Below the pieces are notes generated by a model that was given only the letters and a program-made list of their open reading frames with translations, did not search any database and was not told the DNA's origin. Positions 1 through 10,371 of a stretch of 64,000 nt of DNA are shown in pieces. Within the stretch, counting starts at the first letter, position 1. Each line of letters starts with the position of its first letter. Origin of the DNA: Polyangiaceae bacterium (GTDB lineage Bacteria > Myxococcota_A > Polyangia > Polyangiales > Polyangiaceae); contig JAPSGB010000008.1 in NCBI GenBank assembly GCA_035063585.1, positions 224,001 through 288,000 of the forward strand. The letters run 5' to 3'. Both the position numbers and the translations under genes were made by a program.

Positions 1-314
1 CGGCGCCGGTCGGGCTCTTCACCTTCACTTTCGTCGCCATCTGGTGGCTGTCACGTATCGCTGGGGTGCGCCTGACCGCTCAGACGGCGCTCACCCGCAT
101 GTCGATGGCGCTCGGATTCTCGCTGGTCGAGAGCGTGATCATCCTCATGCTGCTTGCGGTCTTCGGCGCCGACAACCGACGCCCGCTCGAGGTGGGGAGC
201 GTCGTCTTGCCGCACGCGCTGGCGACCGCCTTGGTGAGCCCGCTGATCTTTCGACTGGCCCAGTGGCTGCACCAGAGCACCCTCTCGGTTCGTTCGACGG
301 AGGGACAGCGATGA
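1..314 (+). CDS. mreD: Rod shape-determining protein MreD (5' partial)
   Basis: Hydrophobic frame open from the window edge (APVGLFTFTFVAIWWLSR...); its stop overlaps the PBP2 start (ATGA); sits upstream of mrdA-rodA. Confidence 0.75.
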   Translation, partial: APVGLFTFTFVAIWWLSRIAGVRLTAQTALTRMSMALGFSLVESVIILMLLAVFGADNRRPLEVGSVVLPHALATALVSPLIFRLAQWLHQSTLSVRSTEGQR

Positions 315-2239
315 CCTTGCTCGTCCAACGCTCGGACGTCGGCGAGTTTCGTCGTCGCTATCGCTGGTTGGCGCTGGTCGTGGTGTGCGCGTTTCTCGTC
401 CTCGCCGGCCGGCTGGCAGAGCTCCAACTGGTGGAAGGAGATGTCCACGCGGCGCAGGCCCGGCGTAACATCGTGGGTGAGATCACGCTGGCGACCACCC
501 GCGGCGTGATCCGTGACGCCTACGGGAAGGTGCTCGCGGCGAATCGCCCTTCGTATAACGTCTACGTGGTCCCCGGCGACATCGACCTCGAGGCCACCTG
601 GCCTCGCGTGGTCAAGCTGATGGGGCTCGGAGACTCCGAGCGGGGCGAGCTCGAGAAGCGGATCCTCACCCAGCGAAGCGATCCGGTGCGCGACAAGCAG
701 CAGATGCTCCTGAAGGTGGACGTCGATCGAGACGTCGTCGCCGCGCTCAAGACCCACGAGGCGACGCTTCGTGGGGTCGAGGTGTCTCCGGCGCCAGTCC
801 GCTACTACCCTTATGGGGAGCTCGCGGCACACCTCATCGGCTACATGCGCGAGATCGATCCCGAGACGTTGTCCCGCCTCGAGGACCGCGGTTACCGCGC
901 CGGGGATCAAATCGGAGCGGTCGGGATCGAGCGGCGATGGGAGAGCTACCTCCGTGGTCAGCGAGGTTCCCGCAAGGTGCTCCGAGGCCGGGTTCGGGGC
1001 ACGCTCGATCGGGACGAGCTCGAAGCGAAGTATCTGGAGGAGCCGCGGCGCGTGCAGCCGATCCCGGGTCGCGACATCTCGCTCTCGATCGACATCGAGC
1101 TCGAACAGGCCATCGAACGCGCGATGCGAGGGCAGCTTGCGGGCGCGGTAGCGGTGGTAGATGTCCGTACCGGGCGCGTGTTGGCCGCGCTCTCGAAGCC
1201 GAGCTTCGACCTCAACGTGACCTCCGGAGGAACCGGCAAGAAGGCGGTCCGAGACGCGTTCCGACGCCTCTATGCCGATCCGCTGAAGCCGATGCTCGAC
1301 AAGACCATCTCGGCGGCCTACCCGCCCGGCTCGACGTTCAAGCCCTTCAGCGCGCTCGCCGCGATGGAAAGTCACCTGCTCGATCCGCGTGATCGCGTCG
1401 ATTGTCGCGGCGGCTACGAGTACGGCAAGCGTTACTTTCGCTGCACCGGGGTGCACCGGAACGTGAACCTCCACGAGGCCATCGTCGAGTCGTGCAACAC
1501 CTACTTTTATCGCCTCGGTGAGGTCGTGACCATCGATCCGCTGGCCAAGGTCGGGATGGACTTCGGATTTGGCGCGAAGACGGGCGTGGGCGTGAACCCG
1601 GAGGCGCGCGGGAGGATGCCGACTCGCAGCTGGTACACTAGACGCTACAAGGGCTTCTTTCGCGGTGGCTACAGCCTGCTCGCCGCGATCGGACAGGGCG
1701 CGACCACGGTGACGGTGCTCCAGCTCGCGCTCGCATACGCCGTGCTCGCCAACGGTGGCACGCTCTATCAGCCGCAGGTGGTTCGAAGCATCGAGACGAG
1801 TGATGGCACGGTGGTGCAGGAGTTTCCGCCGCGAGTCCGTCGAATGGTCTCGGTCGATCCGGGCGCGCTCGCGCTCGTGAAGGACGCCATGGCAGGCGTG
1901 GTGAGCGAACGTGAGGGGACGGCGCATCACGCGGCGCTCCCGGGGGTAGACGTCGCTGGCAAGACCGGTACTGCCCAAGTGAGTCACGTGACCCCGCGCG
2001 GTGTCGACAAGGACCGCGTGTGGTATTTCAATCGCGACCACGCCTGGTTCGCCGGCTACGCGCCATCGCGCTCGCCCGAGCTCGCGATCGTGGTGCTCGT
2101 CGAACACGGTGGAGGCGGTGGCAAGAACGCGGCTCCGATCGCCATGAAGGTGGTCGAAGCGTGGCAAAAGCTCAAGGCGAAGCGGCTGGAGGCGCGCGTG
2201 TCCATCCAGCCCAGCGTGAAGCGGCCGGGTTCTCCATGA
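311..2239 (+). CDS. mrdA: Penicillin-binding protein 2 (elongasome transpeptidase)
   Basis: N-terminal TM, RGVIRD dimerisation motif, PGSTFK (SxxK), SCN (SxN), KTGTAQ; start placed at ATG 311 after AGGGA. Confidence 0.95.
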   Translation: MTLLVQRSDVGEFRRRYRWLALVVVCAFLVLAGRLAELQLVEGDVHAAQARRNIVGEITLATTRGVIRDAYGKVLAANRPSYNVYVVPGDIDLEATWPRVVKLMGLGDSERGELEKRILTQRSDPVRDKQQMLLKVDVDRDVVAALKTHEATLRGVEVSPAPVRYYPYGELAAHLIGYMREIDPETLSRLEDRGYRAGDQIGAVGIERRWESYLRGQRGSRKVLRGRVRGTLDRDELEAKYLEEPRRVQPIPGRDISLSIDIELEQAIERAMRGQLAGAVAVVDVRTGRVLAALSKPSFDLNVTSGGTGKKAVRDAFRRLYADPLKPMLDKTISAAYPPGSTFKPFSALAAMESHLLDPRDRVDCRGGYEYGKRYFRCTGVHRNVNLHEAIVESCNTYFYRLGEVVTIDPLAKVGMDFGFGAKTGVGVNPEARGRMPTRSWYTRRYKGFFRGGYSLLAAIGQGATTVTVLQLALAYAVLANGGTLYQPQVVRSIETSDGTVVQEFPPRVRRMVSVDPGALALVKDAMAGVVSEREGTAHHAALPGVDVAGKTGTAQVSHVTPRGVDKDRVWYFNRDHAWFAGYAPSRSPELAIVVLVEHGGGGGKNAAPIAMKVVEAWQKLKAKRLEARVSIQPSVKRPGSP

Positions 2240-2252
2240 CGATGGGTGCTGC

Positions 2253-3377
2253 ATGATCGGCCGCGGCGCGCCGGGTACTTCGCGCGGGGTCGCGCACGTC
2301 GACATGCCGCTCTTGCTCGGCATTGCGACCATCACCACGCTCGGCGTAGTCAATCTGTACAGCGCGACCAGCGCGTACGTCGACTCGACCCGGCACGCGC
2401 GCCTGGCCGACATCTATGCATCGCAAATTTACTGGATTGCGATCGGCGTCGTGCTCGGCTTCGTGGTGTCCGCCATCGACTATCGGCACTTCGAGAGGCT
2501 CGCGTATTTCTTGTACGCCGGCGGGTTGGTGACCCTGGGCCTCGTCTTCGTGCTCGGCGCCGACATTCGCGGCGCGTCGCGCTGGATCCAGCTCGGAAGC
2601 TTTTCATTTCAGCCGTCCGAGTTCATGAAGATTCTGCTCATCCTCGTGATCGCGAAGTACTTACATAACGATCCGAAGACCGAGCCGCGGAGCCTGGTGG
2701 ATCTCGTGCCGCTCGGGGCGCTGACGGCGCTGCCGGTGGTCGCGGTGATGGCGCAGCCGGATCTCGGCACCAGCCTCATCTACCTGCTGGTGGCGGGCGC
2801 GATGATCGCCATGATGAAGATCCGACGAAGCAGCCTGATCTGGCTGGTGCTCTTCGCCGTGATCCTGCTCCCGCTCCTCTGGAAGTATGGGATGCACGAT
2901 TATCAGAAGCTCCGTATCACGAGCTTCCTCGATCCGGAGGCTGACAAGACCGGCACCGGGTGGCACGCCTTCCAGTCGCGCACGGCCATCGGCAACGGAG
3001 GCCTGTTCGGTCAAGGGTTCATGCAGGGGACGCAGAACCAGTTCGGGTTCCTTCCCGATCAGCACTCCGATTTCCCTTTTGCGGTGTTCGCCGAGGACTG
3101 GGGGTTCGTCGGGGGGATGGTCTTGCTCTCGCTCTATGCGTTCGTCTGCGTCTGGGCGGTCCACATCGCGTCTCAGGCGAAGGATCGCTTCGGGGCGACG
3201 GTCGCGGTCGGGGTGGGCGCCATGTTTTTTTGGCACGCCGTGTTCAATCTCGGGATGGCGCTCGGCGTCCTGCCGGTCGTCGGCATCACGCTCCCGCTCT
3301 TTTCCTACGGGGGCTCGAGCGCCATCACCATGCTGATGTCGCTCGGGTTTCTGATGAACGTGTCGATGAGGCGTTGA
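2253..3377 (+). CDS. rodA: Rod shape-determining SEDS glycosyltransferase RodA
   Basis: RWIQLG, QPSEFMK, QPDLGT, PDQHSDF, GITLPLFSYGGSS; follows mrdA. Confidence 0.95.
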   Translation: MIGRGAPGTSRGVAHVDMPLLLGIATITTLGVVNLYSATSAYVDSTRHARLADIYASQIYWIAIGVVLGFVVSAIDYRHFERLAYFLYAGGLVTLGLVFVLGADIRGASRWIQLGSFSFQPSEFMKILLILVIAKYLHNDPKTEPRSLVDLVPLGALTALPVVAVMAQPDLGTSLIYLLVAGAMIAMMKIRRSSLIWLVLFAVILLPLLWKYGMHDYQKLRITSFLDPEADKTGTGWHAFQSRTAIGNGGLFGQGFMQGTQNQFGFLPDQHSDFPFAVFAEDWGFVGGMVLLSLYAFVCVWAVHIASQAKDRFGATVAVGVGAMFFWHAVFNLGMALGVLPVVGITLPLFSYGGSSAITMLMSLGFLMNVSMRR

Positions 3378-3550
3378 GGCTGCCTACTCACACCTACACT
3401 GAGAAATTCCAGGGGCCGCGCGAGGGCCGGTCGCGGGTGCAGCTTTTCAGTTCGTCAGTCGCCGTGGTTCACGCTAGAGTAGTTGCGCTAGGCAGGCGGT
3501 TCGGTCACCGGGTTTCCTCTGGTCGACTGGACGGTGCCCAGGAGGCAAGA

Positions 3551-3997
3551 GTGAGCTCCAGAGTCGCCCGTTCCCTTGGACTTTTCTTTACGGCTGGTCT
3601 CGCGACGACGATCGCGGTGTCTTGCGCCTCGTCCGACGAGAACGCCGGAGTCTTCGACTACGACGCCGGACAAGACTCCTCCTCCGGCGGGTTCAGCGGC
3701 ACCGGGGGCACCCCGAGCGGTGGTACCGGCGGCGGGGGCACCGGGGGCTTCCCGTCGACGGGGGGCGCCTCGGGTTCCGGCACGGGAGGGGTTGGAGCGA
3801 CTGGCGGCACCGGGGGCACCGGCGGGACCGCGGGCACGGGCGGGACGTCCGGCACCGGTGGCGGCAGCACCGGGACCTGCAACGAGGCGTTCTGTCCGAA
3901 GACCGGCGCCGGCAACGCCTGCTGCGTCACGCCGAACGGCCCCTGCGGCACCGACACCGGGATGGGCTGTCAGGCGACCCCGACCGGCGACTTCTGA
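3551..3997 (+). CDS. Gly/Thr-rich lipoprotein with C-terminal Cys-rich module
   Basis: GGAGG RBS then GTG at 3551; lipobox IAVS-C; GGTGG repeats; 6-Cys tail. Confidence 0.7.
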   Translation: MSSRVARSLGLFFTAGLATTIAVSCASSDENAGVFDYDAGQDSSSGGFSGTGGTPSGGTGGGGTGGFPSTGGASGSGTGGVGATGGTGGTGGTAGTGGTSGTGGGSTGTCNEAFCPKTGAGNACCVTPNGPCGTDTGMGCQATPTGDF

Positions 3998-4041
3998 CGC
4001 TGCTCGCGCCCGTCCCGAGGACGGGCGCGACGCGAGAACAC

Positions 4042-7000
4042 TCACTCCACCCGGAACAGGTCGTCGAGGTCATCTCGCCCGAGGCGCTTGGCGCCTCCGG
4101 CGTCTTCGCTGAGCACCGAAGAGACGAGTTCCTTCTTCTTCTGTTTGAGCTCGAGGATCTTCTCTTCGATGGTGCCCGCGGCGACCAACCGATAGACGGT
4201 GACAACCTTCTTCTGACCGATTCGGTGAGCGCGATCCGAGGCCTGATCTTCGACGGCGGGGTTCCACCAGGGGTCGAAGTGGATGACGGTGTCCGCCGCG
4301 GTCAGGTTGAGGCCCGAGCCGCCCGCCTTCAGGCTGATCAAGAACACCGGGATGGTCGGATCGCTCTGGAAGCGATCGATGCGCTCCGCGCGATCGGTCG
4401 TGCTCCCATCGAGATATTCGTAGCGGATCTTGTCTTCGTCGAGCGCATCCCGGATGAGCTTGAGCATCGACACGAACTGGCTGAAGACCAGCACCTTGTG
4501 ACCGCCGGACTCGACCTCCTCGACCAGATCGCGGAGCGCACTGAGCTTTCCACTATCGTCGTGGCCGAACTCGCGAGGTAGCCCGAGGAGCCGGGCGTCA
4601 CAGGCTGCTTGGCGGAGCTTGGTGAGGCCCGCCAAGATATGGATCTGGCTCTTGGCTACGCCGAGGCGCTCGACCTCTCCCATGACCTGCGCGCGCACCT
4701 CGCGGAGCACCTGGGTGTAGATGGCCCGCTGATCCGGCGGCAGATCGATGATCTTGTCGACCTCGAGCTTTGCCGGGAGGTCCTTGGCGACCTCGAGCTT
4801 CGTCCTGCGAAGGATGAAGGGATGGATGGTTGCGCGGAGCCGCGCGGCCTGCTTCGAGTCTCCCTGGTCGATGGGGCGAGCGAAGCGTTCCTCGAACTTC
4901 GCGAGTGGTCCGAGGAGCCCCGGGCTCACGAACTCGAAGAGAGACCAGATCTCGCTCAGCCGGTTCTCGATCGGCGTGCCGGTGAGCGCGAGCCGGTGCT
5001 CGGCGGGGAGCTCCTTGGCGGCCTGAGCGGTCGCGCTCATCGGATTCTTGATGGCCTGCGCTTCGTCGAGGATGGCGTAGTCGAGACGAAGCTTCTTCAG
5101 CAGATCGATGTCCCGGCGCAAGAGCGCGTAGCTCGTGATGATGACGTTGACGTGCTCGAGCTCGTTCTGCTGTTCCTTGCGCCCGGCGCCGTGCCACAGC
5201 GCCGTGGTGAGCGTGGGCGCAAATCGCTCGATCTCCCGAGCCCAGTTGGTGACCACGCTGGTCGGCGCCACGATGAGGACTCGGAGCGGCTTCTGCTTCT
5301 TCTCCCCTTTGAGCAGCAGGAGGAGCGCGATGGTCTGGATGGTCTTGCCGAGACCCATGTCGTCGGCGAGGACGCCGCCGGAGCCGATCTCGTGAATGAA
5401 GTGAAGCCATGACAGGCCCTGCTCCTGGTACGGACGGAGCGTCGCCTTCAGCCCACGAGGCTTCTTGAGCGCCTTGATCCCGTCGATGTCCGCGAGCTTC
5501 TGGAACAGGGCCTTGGCGCCGGTAGCCACCGTCGACTCGCTCGTGTGCTCGAGGAGCTCTTGGATTCGCCCGGCCTGTGAGAAGGGGAGCTTCCCCGATT
5601 TTCCGCCCGAAGCGACCAGCTCGATCTCGCGATCGATGAGCGACTGGACCTTCTCGGCGTCGAGCCTCGCGTAGGTGTTGTCGCTCAGCCGGACGAATTT
5701 CTGACCTTCGCGGAGGCAGCGCGCGAGCTCGTCACGATCGACGCCGACCCCCTCTGATTCGAAGACCAACTTCACGCTCAGCCAATCGACGCCGCTCGAG
5801 ACGCGCGCATGGGAGGAGAGCGCCGAGCTTCGAACGTGTGTGCCGAGCAGATGCTCGGGGACGAACAGGTCCCAGTCCTCCGGGAGCGAACCGACGCCTT
5901 CGGACCAGAAGCCGATCGCCTGATCCCCCGTGGCAACGAAGAACTCGCCGCTCTCGTCTGGTGACAAGCCGAGCTCGAGCAGCGTTTGAGCGGCCTGCTG
6001 CTGCGCTACGATATCGCAACGGATACATCGCGCGCGCTTCTGCCCCTCGCGAGGGGGCAAGGTCAAGATGGGGGGAGAGATGCCATCGGCGCGCACCTCG
6101 ACCTCGACGTCGCCGTATGCGGCGCGGAGCGCGACCTGCGCCTCGGTGATCGACCCGGAAGCTCTCATCCGGAAGGTCGGCTCGAGATCGACGACATCGG
6201 CTACCTGAGACAGATCGGGCAGTTCGGCGCCGATCTCGAGTGCCACCTTGGGTAGCCCGTGGGTGATCATCCCGAGGAGCTCGGAGGCCGGCTCGGCGAT
6301 GGTGCCGCTCCGAAGGAGCCGACCGAGCGCCGCCGGGGAGACGCGGTGATCGATGGGGCGGGCGATTCCTTCGGTCGTGTCGATATGCCAGCCGGGCGCA
6401 CCGGGGAACCAGCCGCCGTGGGTCAGCGCGAAGCGGCGCCCATCACCCTGCCGCTCGAACGTCACCTTGGCGACGATGGTCTCGGCACCGACGAGCTCGA
6501 GATCGAAGCGGGGCTTGAGCGGCTCGTCGACGAAGCGGAGCTGCATCAGGGCTGGCTCGAGCAAGACCCGTCGATCTCGCAGGAGGGGCAAGAGATCGGC
6601 GGTGTCTTCGTCGCGGACGTCCACCGCGGGGTGGCGGGGGTTCCCGCTCTCGAAGCGCGCCAGGACGCGCAGCGCGCCGCGATCCGCCGTAGGGGAGAGG
6701 GCTTGCCACTTGAGCGCGACGCTCGGCAAGAGCGGCACCCGGGCCTCGGTGTCGAGCACGGTCACGGTGAGCCCGTTCTGGCGCACGTGCACGCGATATT
6801 CGAGCCGGAGGACCTTGAGATCTCCTTCGGGAGCGAGCCACGCTCCGATCCCGGTGGCGCGTGCGCTCGCGTGCGGCGCCGGTGGGAGAGCCATGCCGGG
6901 GGCGGTGGGTGTTTGCTGGGTCTGCGCGCGCCGGCGACGCTCCCGCCGACGGCTCGACTTGCTGTCGCTCGCGGCTGGCGCGGACGCGGACTGTTGTGGT

Positions 7001-7347
7001 TGCTGCGGCGCGGGACCGGGCGGGTCTCGTCGCGCCAGCTGCGAGCGGGCCTGATTTCTCACCGTGATGAGTAGCGCGGCGACGTGCTTGCAGTGCTGTC
7101 CGGATTTCTGAAACGCCGGGCAGGTGCAGTCCGAGGTGATGCCCTCACCACCCAACCGAATAGTCACATCGTAAGGCTCAGGATCCGAGCCCTTCACATG
7201 ACCTTGAGCGCTCGACTCGTTGACGCTCACGTCTTCGACTACCTTGCGCTTCTCGTAGTCGAGTCCGCGCAAGAAGGTTCGTGCTCCGAGCAGTCTACGT
7301 AGCCCGCGATCTGATAGCGTCGATAGTGCGTCAGCCAATGACGACAA
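4042..7347 (-). CDS. SWIM zinc-finger SNF2-family helicase/ATPase
   Basis: CTC...CKH SWIM; LRPYQ, LADDMGLGKT, DEAQ, LTGTPIEN, LVFSQF, SLKAGGSGLNL, QASDRAHRIGQ. Confidence 0.95.
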   Translation of the reverse strand: MSSLADALSTLSDRGLRRLLGARTFLRGLDYEKRKVVEDVSVNESSAQGHVKGSDPEPYDVTIRLGGEGITSDCTCPAFQKSGQHCKHVAALLITVRNQARSQLARRDPPGPAPQQPQQSASAPAASDSKSSRRRERRRRAQTQQTPTAPGMALPPAPHASARATGIGAWLAPEGDLKVLRLEYRVHVRQNGLTVTVLDTEARVPLLPSVALKWQALSPTADRGALRVLARFESGNPRHPAVDVRDEDTADLLPLLRDRRVLLEPALMQLRFVDEPLKPRFDLELVGAETIVAKVTFERQGDGRRFALTHGGWFPGAPGWHIDTTEGIARPIDHRVSPAALGRLLRSGTIAEPASELLGMITHGLPKVALEIGAELPDLSQVADVVDLEPTFRMRASGSITEAQVALRAAYGDVEVEVRADGISPPILTLPPREGQKRARCIRCDIVAQQQAAQTLLELGLSPDESGEFFVATGDQAIGFWSEGVGSLPEDWDLFVPEHLLGTHVRSSALSSHARVSSGVDWLSVKLVFESEGVGVDRDELARCLREGQKFVRLSDNTYARLDAEKVQSLIDREIELVASGGKSGKLPFSQAGRIQELLEHTSESTVATGAKALFQKLADIDGIKALKKPRGLKATLRPYQEQGLSWLHFIHEIGSGGVLADDMGLGKTIQTIALLLLLKGEKKQKPLRVLIVAPTSVVTNWAREIERFAPTLTTALWHGAGRKEQQNELEHVNVIITSYALLRRDIDLLKKLRLDYAILDEAQAIKNPMSATAQAAKELPAEHRLALTGTPIENRLSEIWSLFEFVSPGLLGPLAKFEERFARPIDQGDSKQAARLRATIHPFILRRTKLEVAKDLPAKLEVDKIIDLPPDQRAIYTQVLREVRAQVMGEVERLGVAKSQIHILAGLTKLRQAACDARLLGLPREFGHDDSGKLSALRDLVEEVESGGHKVLVFSQFVSMLKLIRDALDEDKIRYEYLDGSTTDRAERIDRFQSDPTIPVFLISLKAGGSGLNLTAADTVIHFDPWWNPAVEDQASDRAHRIGQKKVVTVYRLVAAGTIEEKILELKQKKKELVSSVLSEDAGGAKRLGRDDLDDLFRVE

Positions 7348-7371
7348 GTGATTCCTCGATGGGGTAGGGGT

Positions 7372-9540
7372 TCACGATACGAACGGTGCAGCCAAGAGGC
7401 ATGCCACCGCGGTGAGCTTGATCAGGAGGTGCGCCGCGGGACCGATGGCGTGTCCGGCGAGCTCGGCGATGACGCCGCCGCTCACCGAAGCCGAGAAGCC
7501 CGACACGCTCCCGCGCGGGCGCGCCGCGCGGCGCGCTGCGACGAGCGTGCATCGAAGCCCGTCTGCGACGAGCGCCACGGCGAGCCCGGTGATGGTCGAG
7601 GTGACGGCAAATGCCGTGAGCGAGCTCGCCGCGACCCCGTCGTGGGCCGAGCGGGTGGCGAGCACCAGCGCGCCAGCGACGAGCGCGGGCACGAGCGCCG
7701 CCAACGAGACGGGGGGCAGCACTCCCTCTAGCGCGGTGCGGGTGGTGAGCTCGATGCAGGTTCGGTAGCTCGGAGTGTACTCTCGCGGCACCCTGGCGAT
7801 CCCGTGCTCGCGTGGGAATCCTCGGAGTTGCCGCTCGACCTCCAGGGCAACCGCCCGAGCGCCGCGCATGGCGGCTCGAGCGGCGCTGCCCGCGTACGCG
7901 AGCACCACCGCGGCCCCGAGCGCCGCGCTCCACGCCAGCGCTGGCGCGGCGACGCTGGCGAACCCCCGCGTCTGCTCGACCAAGCCGAGCGCGAGCGCGC
8001 CGGCGACGAGCAACGCGCTCGCAGAGCCCGAGATGATGAGATAAGGCTCCGCCATCGCGGCGGCCCCGACTCCGGCGTCGTCGAGGCGAGCCGTGCGCTT
8101 GTCGGCGTCAGCCGCGCCGGGCCCGAGCGTCATGGTGGCGACCCCGCGAGCGTTGTCCGCGATGGGGGCGAGGGCACCGAGCGCGAGCACGAACGGCGAG
8201 GCCGCGAGGGCCGCCATCAGCATGGTGACGCTCGCAACGAGCCCGCCGGACTCCAGACCCGACCCATCTCCGAGTCGCCACGCGACGACCGTTGCAGCAC
8301 CTGCCACGAGGATTGGAACCAGGGCCGCCGCGAGTCCCGAGCCGAGCCCGTACCCGATGGGCCCCGGCTCCCCCATGCGGAGCGACTCGAGGACGTCGCG
8401 GAGCGGAGTGAAGCGGCGTATCGCACGGTATCGCGCCGCGTAGGCCACCGCCCCGGTACCCGCGAGACCGAGGGCGCCGGCCGCGAAGAAGCGAGCCCAG
8501 TGCTGGTCTCCCAGGAGCCAGAACGAGGTTCCCGCGAGCGCCCCGAGCGTGACGAGCCCGGTGGTGGCGGCACCGCGGCGAAATGCCGCGTCGATGCTGC
8601 TCGGTTCGTCGGTGCGTACAGCCATCACGCCGAACGCCGAGGCGATCACCCCGAAGGCGTGAACCGCCAGCGGTAGCACCACGAGCGCGAGCATCCTGGC
8701 CGGCGCGTCCGGGCTCTTCGCGAGGAGCCGAGTGGCGAGCGCAACCGTCGCGACGCTAGCCACGGCGCATGAGACGAAGAGGTCGGCGACACGAACCGCG
8801 GCGTGGCCCACGTGGTCTCCGACGAAGTCAGCGACGACGGCGGGGTTCCTCGGATCGTCTCGCTCGAGCCCGGCGTCACGTTCGCCCGCCGTGTCGGCTC
8901 CGATCCGACTTGCGACGCGGAACGCCGCGCCGGCGCGCTGTAGGACGAGCGCCGCTCCGGCGGCGCCCACCGCGAACCCCGGCAGCAGCGAGGCGACTCG
9001 GGCGGCGAGCGCGGCCGCTTCCGCGGGTGCGAGCCCGAGCCCCCCCTTCATCGTGTAAACGAGAGCGAAGAAGCCGAGGACCCCGAGGGTCGAGAGCGCT
9101 TGCGCCGCGATGGCGGCCGCGCCGCTCGATCTGAGCGCGATGCCGAGCGCGCGATCCATGCTGATTCCGGCCGCGGCGACGGTGCGCGGGCTTGCCTCGA
9201 GCGTTCGCCGCTCAGCGAAGTGCGCCGCGAGCGACGCCAAGGCGGCGCCGGCCACGACCGCCAGCACCGTCCAGAAGGCGGACTCGAGACTCGCGGCTGG
9301 GCTCCCGCCGCGCGAGAGCGCCCCATGAACGATGAAGATGAGGACGCCCAGCCCCGCTGCGCCCAGCGCGGTCAGGCGGTGCTCACTCCATAAGAACTGG
9401 TCGGCTGCTCGCCGAATCGCCGCCATCAGGCGTCGTGATTCCGCTGATCCTGGATCCCTGTTCTTGACCCAGCGCGCCAGCGTCACGGCGAATGCCAGCC
9501 CGGCAACATTGATCGCGAGGATCAGACCGATTTCGATCAC
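7372..9540 (-). CDS. Membrane pyrophosphatase (HppA/H+/Na+-PPase) homolog with degenerate catalytic motifs
   Basis: Polytopic 722 aa; DDPRNPAVVAD, PIADNA, PSYxxC, GPxxxLLIK recognisable, but many catalytic Asp/Lys/Asn residues are replaced. Confidence 0.85.
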   Translation of the reverse strand: MIEIGLILAINVAGLAFAVTLARWVKNRDPGSAESRRLMAAIRRAADQFLWSEHRLTALGAAGLGVLIFIVHGALSRGGSPAASLESAFWTVLAVVAGAALASLAAHFAERRTLEASPRTVAAAGISMDRALGIALRSSGAAAIAAQALSTLGVLGFFALVYTMKGGLGLAPAEAAALAARVASLLPGFAVGAAGAALVLQRAGAAFRVASRIGADTAGERDAGLERDDPRNPAVVADFVGDHVGHAAVRVADLFVSCAVASVATVALATRLLAKSPDAPARMLALVVLPLAVHAFGVIASAFGVMAVRTDEPSSIDAAFRRGAATTGLVTLGALAGTSFWLLGDQHWARFFAAGALGLAGTGAVAYAARYRAIRRFTPLRDVLESLRMGEPGPIGYGLGSGLAAALVPILVAGAATVVAWRLGDGSGLESGGLVASVTMLMAALAASPFVLALGALAPIADNARGVATMTLGPGAADADKRTARLDDAGVGAAAMAEPYLIISGSASALLVAGALALGLVEQTRGFASVAAPALAWSAALGAAVVLAYAGSAARAAMRGARAVALEVERQLRGFPREHGIARVPREYTPSYRTCIELTTRTALEGVLPPVSLAALVPALVAGALVLATRSAHDGVAASSLTAFAVTSTITGLAVALVADGLRCTLVAARRAARPRGSVSGFSASVSGGVIAELAGHAIGPAAHLLIKLTAVACLLAAPFVS

Positions 9541-9783
9541 GGCGGTTTCTGGCGCCGGGCATCGTCTGCGCCACCATGGCGCGCGCGAGGAGCCTTTACC
9601 CCGTCGCTCTCGGTTCGCGGCACCCCCACGGACACCAGCGGATCGATCTCGGGGCTCGGCCGACCGCCACGAGGGCCGGGGCCGGGACGCTCCCTCGCAG
9701 AGAGCGACGAGCCTGACTCCGGCGTGTTAGCACGGCGCTTCGGGCCGGCGCAAGACCCCGTGAGGCGCGCCCAGCGCCTGGCG

Positions 9784-10371
9784 CTAGGGAATGCTCTTCG
9801 ACTGCATCACCATGAGGTGATACTTCCCGTACTCGCTCTGCCCGAGCGTCCAGAGCACCTCGACGAGCAGGCGATACGGGGTGGTCTCGTCGGCGATGAT
9901 GATGGCCTCGGACGGCCCCTTTCCGAGCCCCTTGGCCGCGCGGATGGCCTGGTCGGTCCGTCGCGCCGATTGGAGGGCGTTGCCGAGCGGCACGATGAAC
10001 AGATCGTTCGGGCCGCTCCGCTTGAAGCTCGCGCCAACTCCGGTCTGAACCAGGGATTCGCGCCCCGGCAGGTCGAGCACACGCTTGTCTCCGACCAAGA
10101 TTTGGCTCTTCGAGATCGTGACGACCGTCCCGTCCTGCGACGGCTGGGTATGGATCACCGAGGCGGGGAGCTTCAGGTCGTCGCTCTGCGGCACCGACGC
10201 GCTCGACTCCCCCAGCGCCTTCAGAAGGAAGACGAGGATGATGGTCATGATGTCGAGCATCGCGGTGATATTGAGGAAGTTGATCTCTGGTTCCCCGGCG
10301 CGCTTGCGCGCGACCCTGCGAAGCTCGGTCTTGAACTTGGCGGTCGAGGCCTTCGCCGCTGACGACGTCAT
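9784..10371 (-). CDS. aglS: ExbD/TolR-family protein, AglS-like
   Basis: LNITAMLDIMTIILVFLLK TM with conserved Asp; IIIADETTPY periplasmic motif; third gene of the triad. Confidence 0.75.
   Translation of the reverse strand: MTSSAAKASTAKFKTELRRVARKRAGEPEINFLNITAMLDIMTIILVFLLKALGESSASVPQSDDLKLPASVIHTQPSQDGTVVTISKSQILVGDKRVLDLPGRESLVQTGVGASFKRSGPNDLFIVPLGNALQSARRTDQAIRAAKGLGKGPSEAIIIADETTPYRLLVEVLWTLGQSEYGKYHLMVMQSKSIP

Noticed and set aside
44..310. N-terminal extension of PBP2 in the ORF track
   Set aside because: Overlaps mreD in another frame; ATG 311 has an RBS and is coupled to the mreD stop
4042..7347. SNF2 helicase as part of a defence system (DISARM, Zorya, BREX)
   Set aside because: Standalone SWIM-SNF2 architecture with no methylase, nuclease or other defence genes; the nearby motors are ExbD-type, not ZorAB
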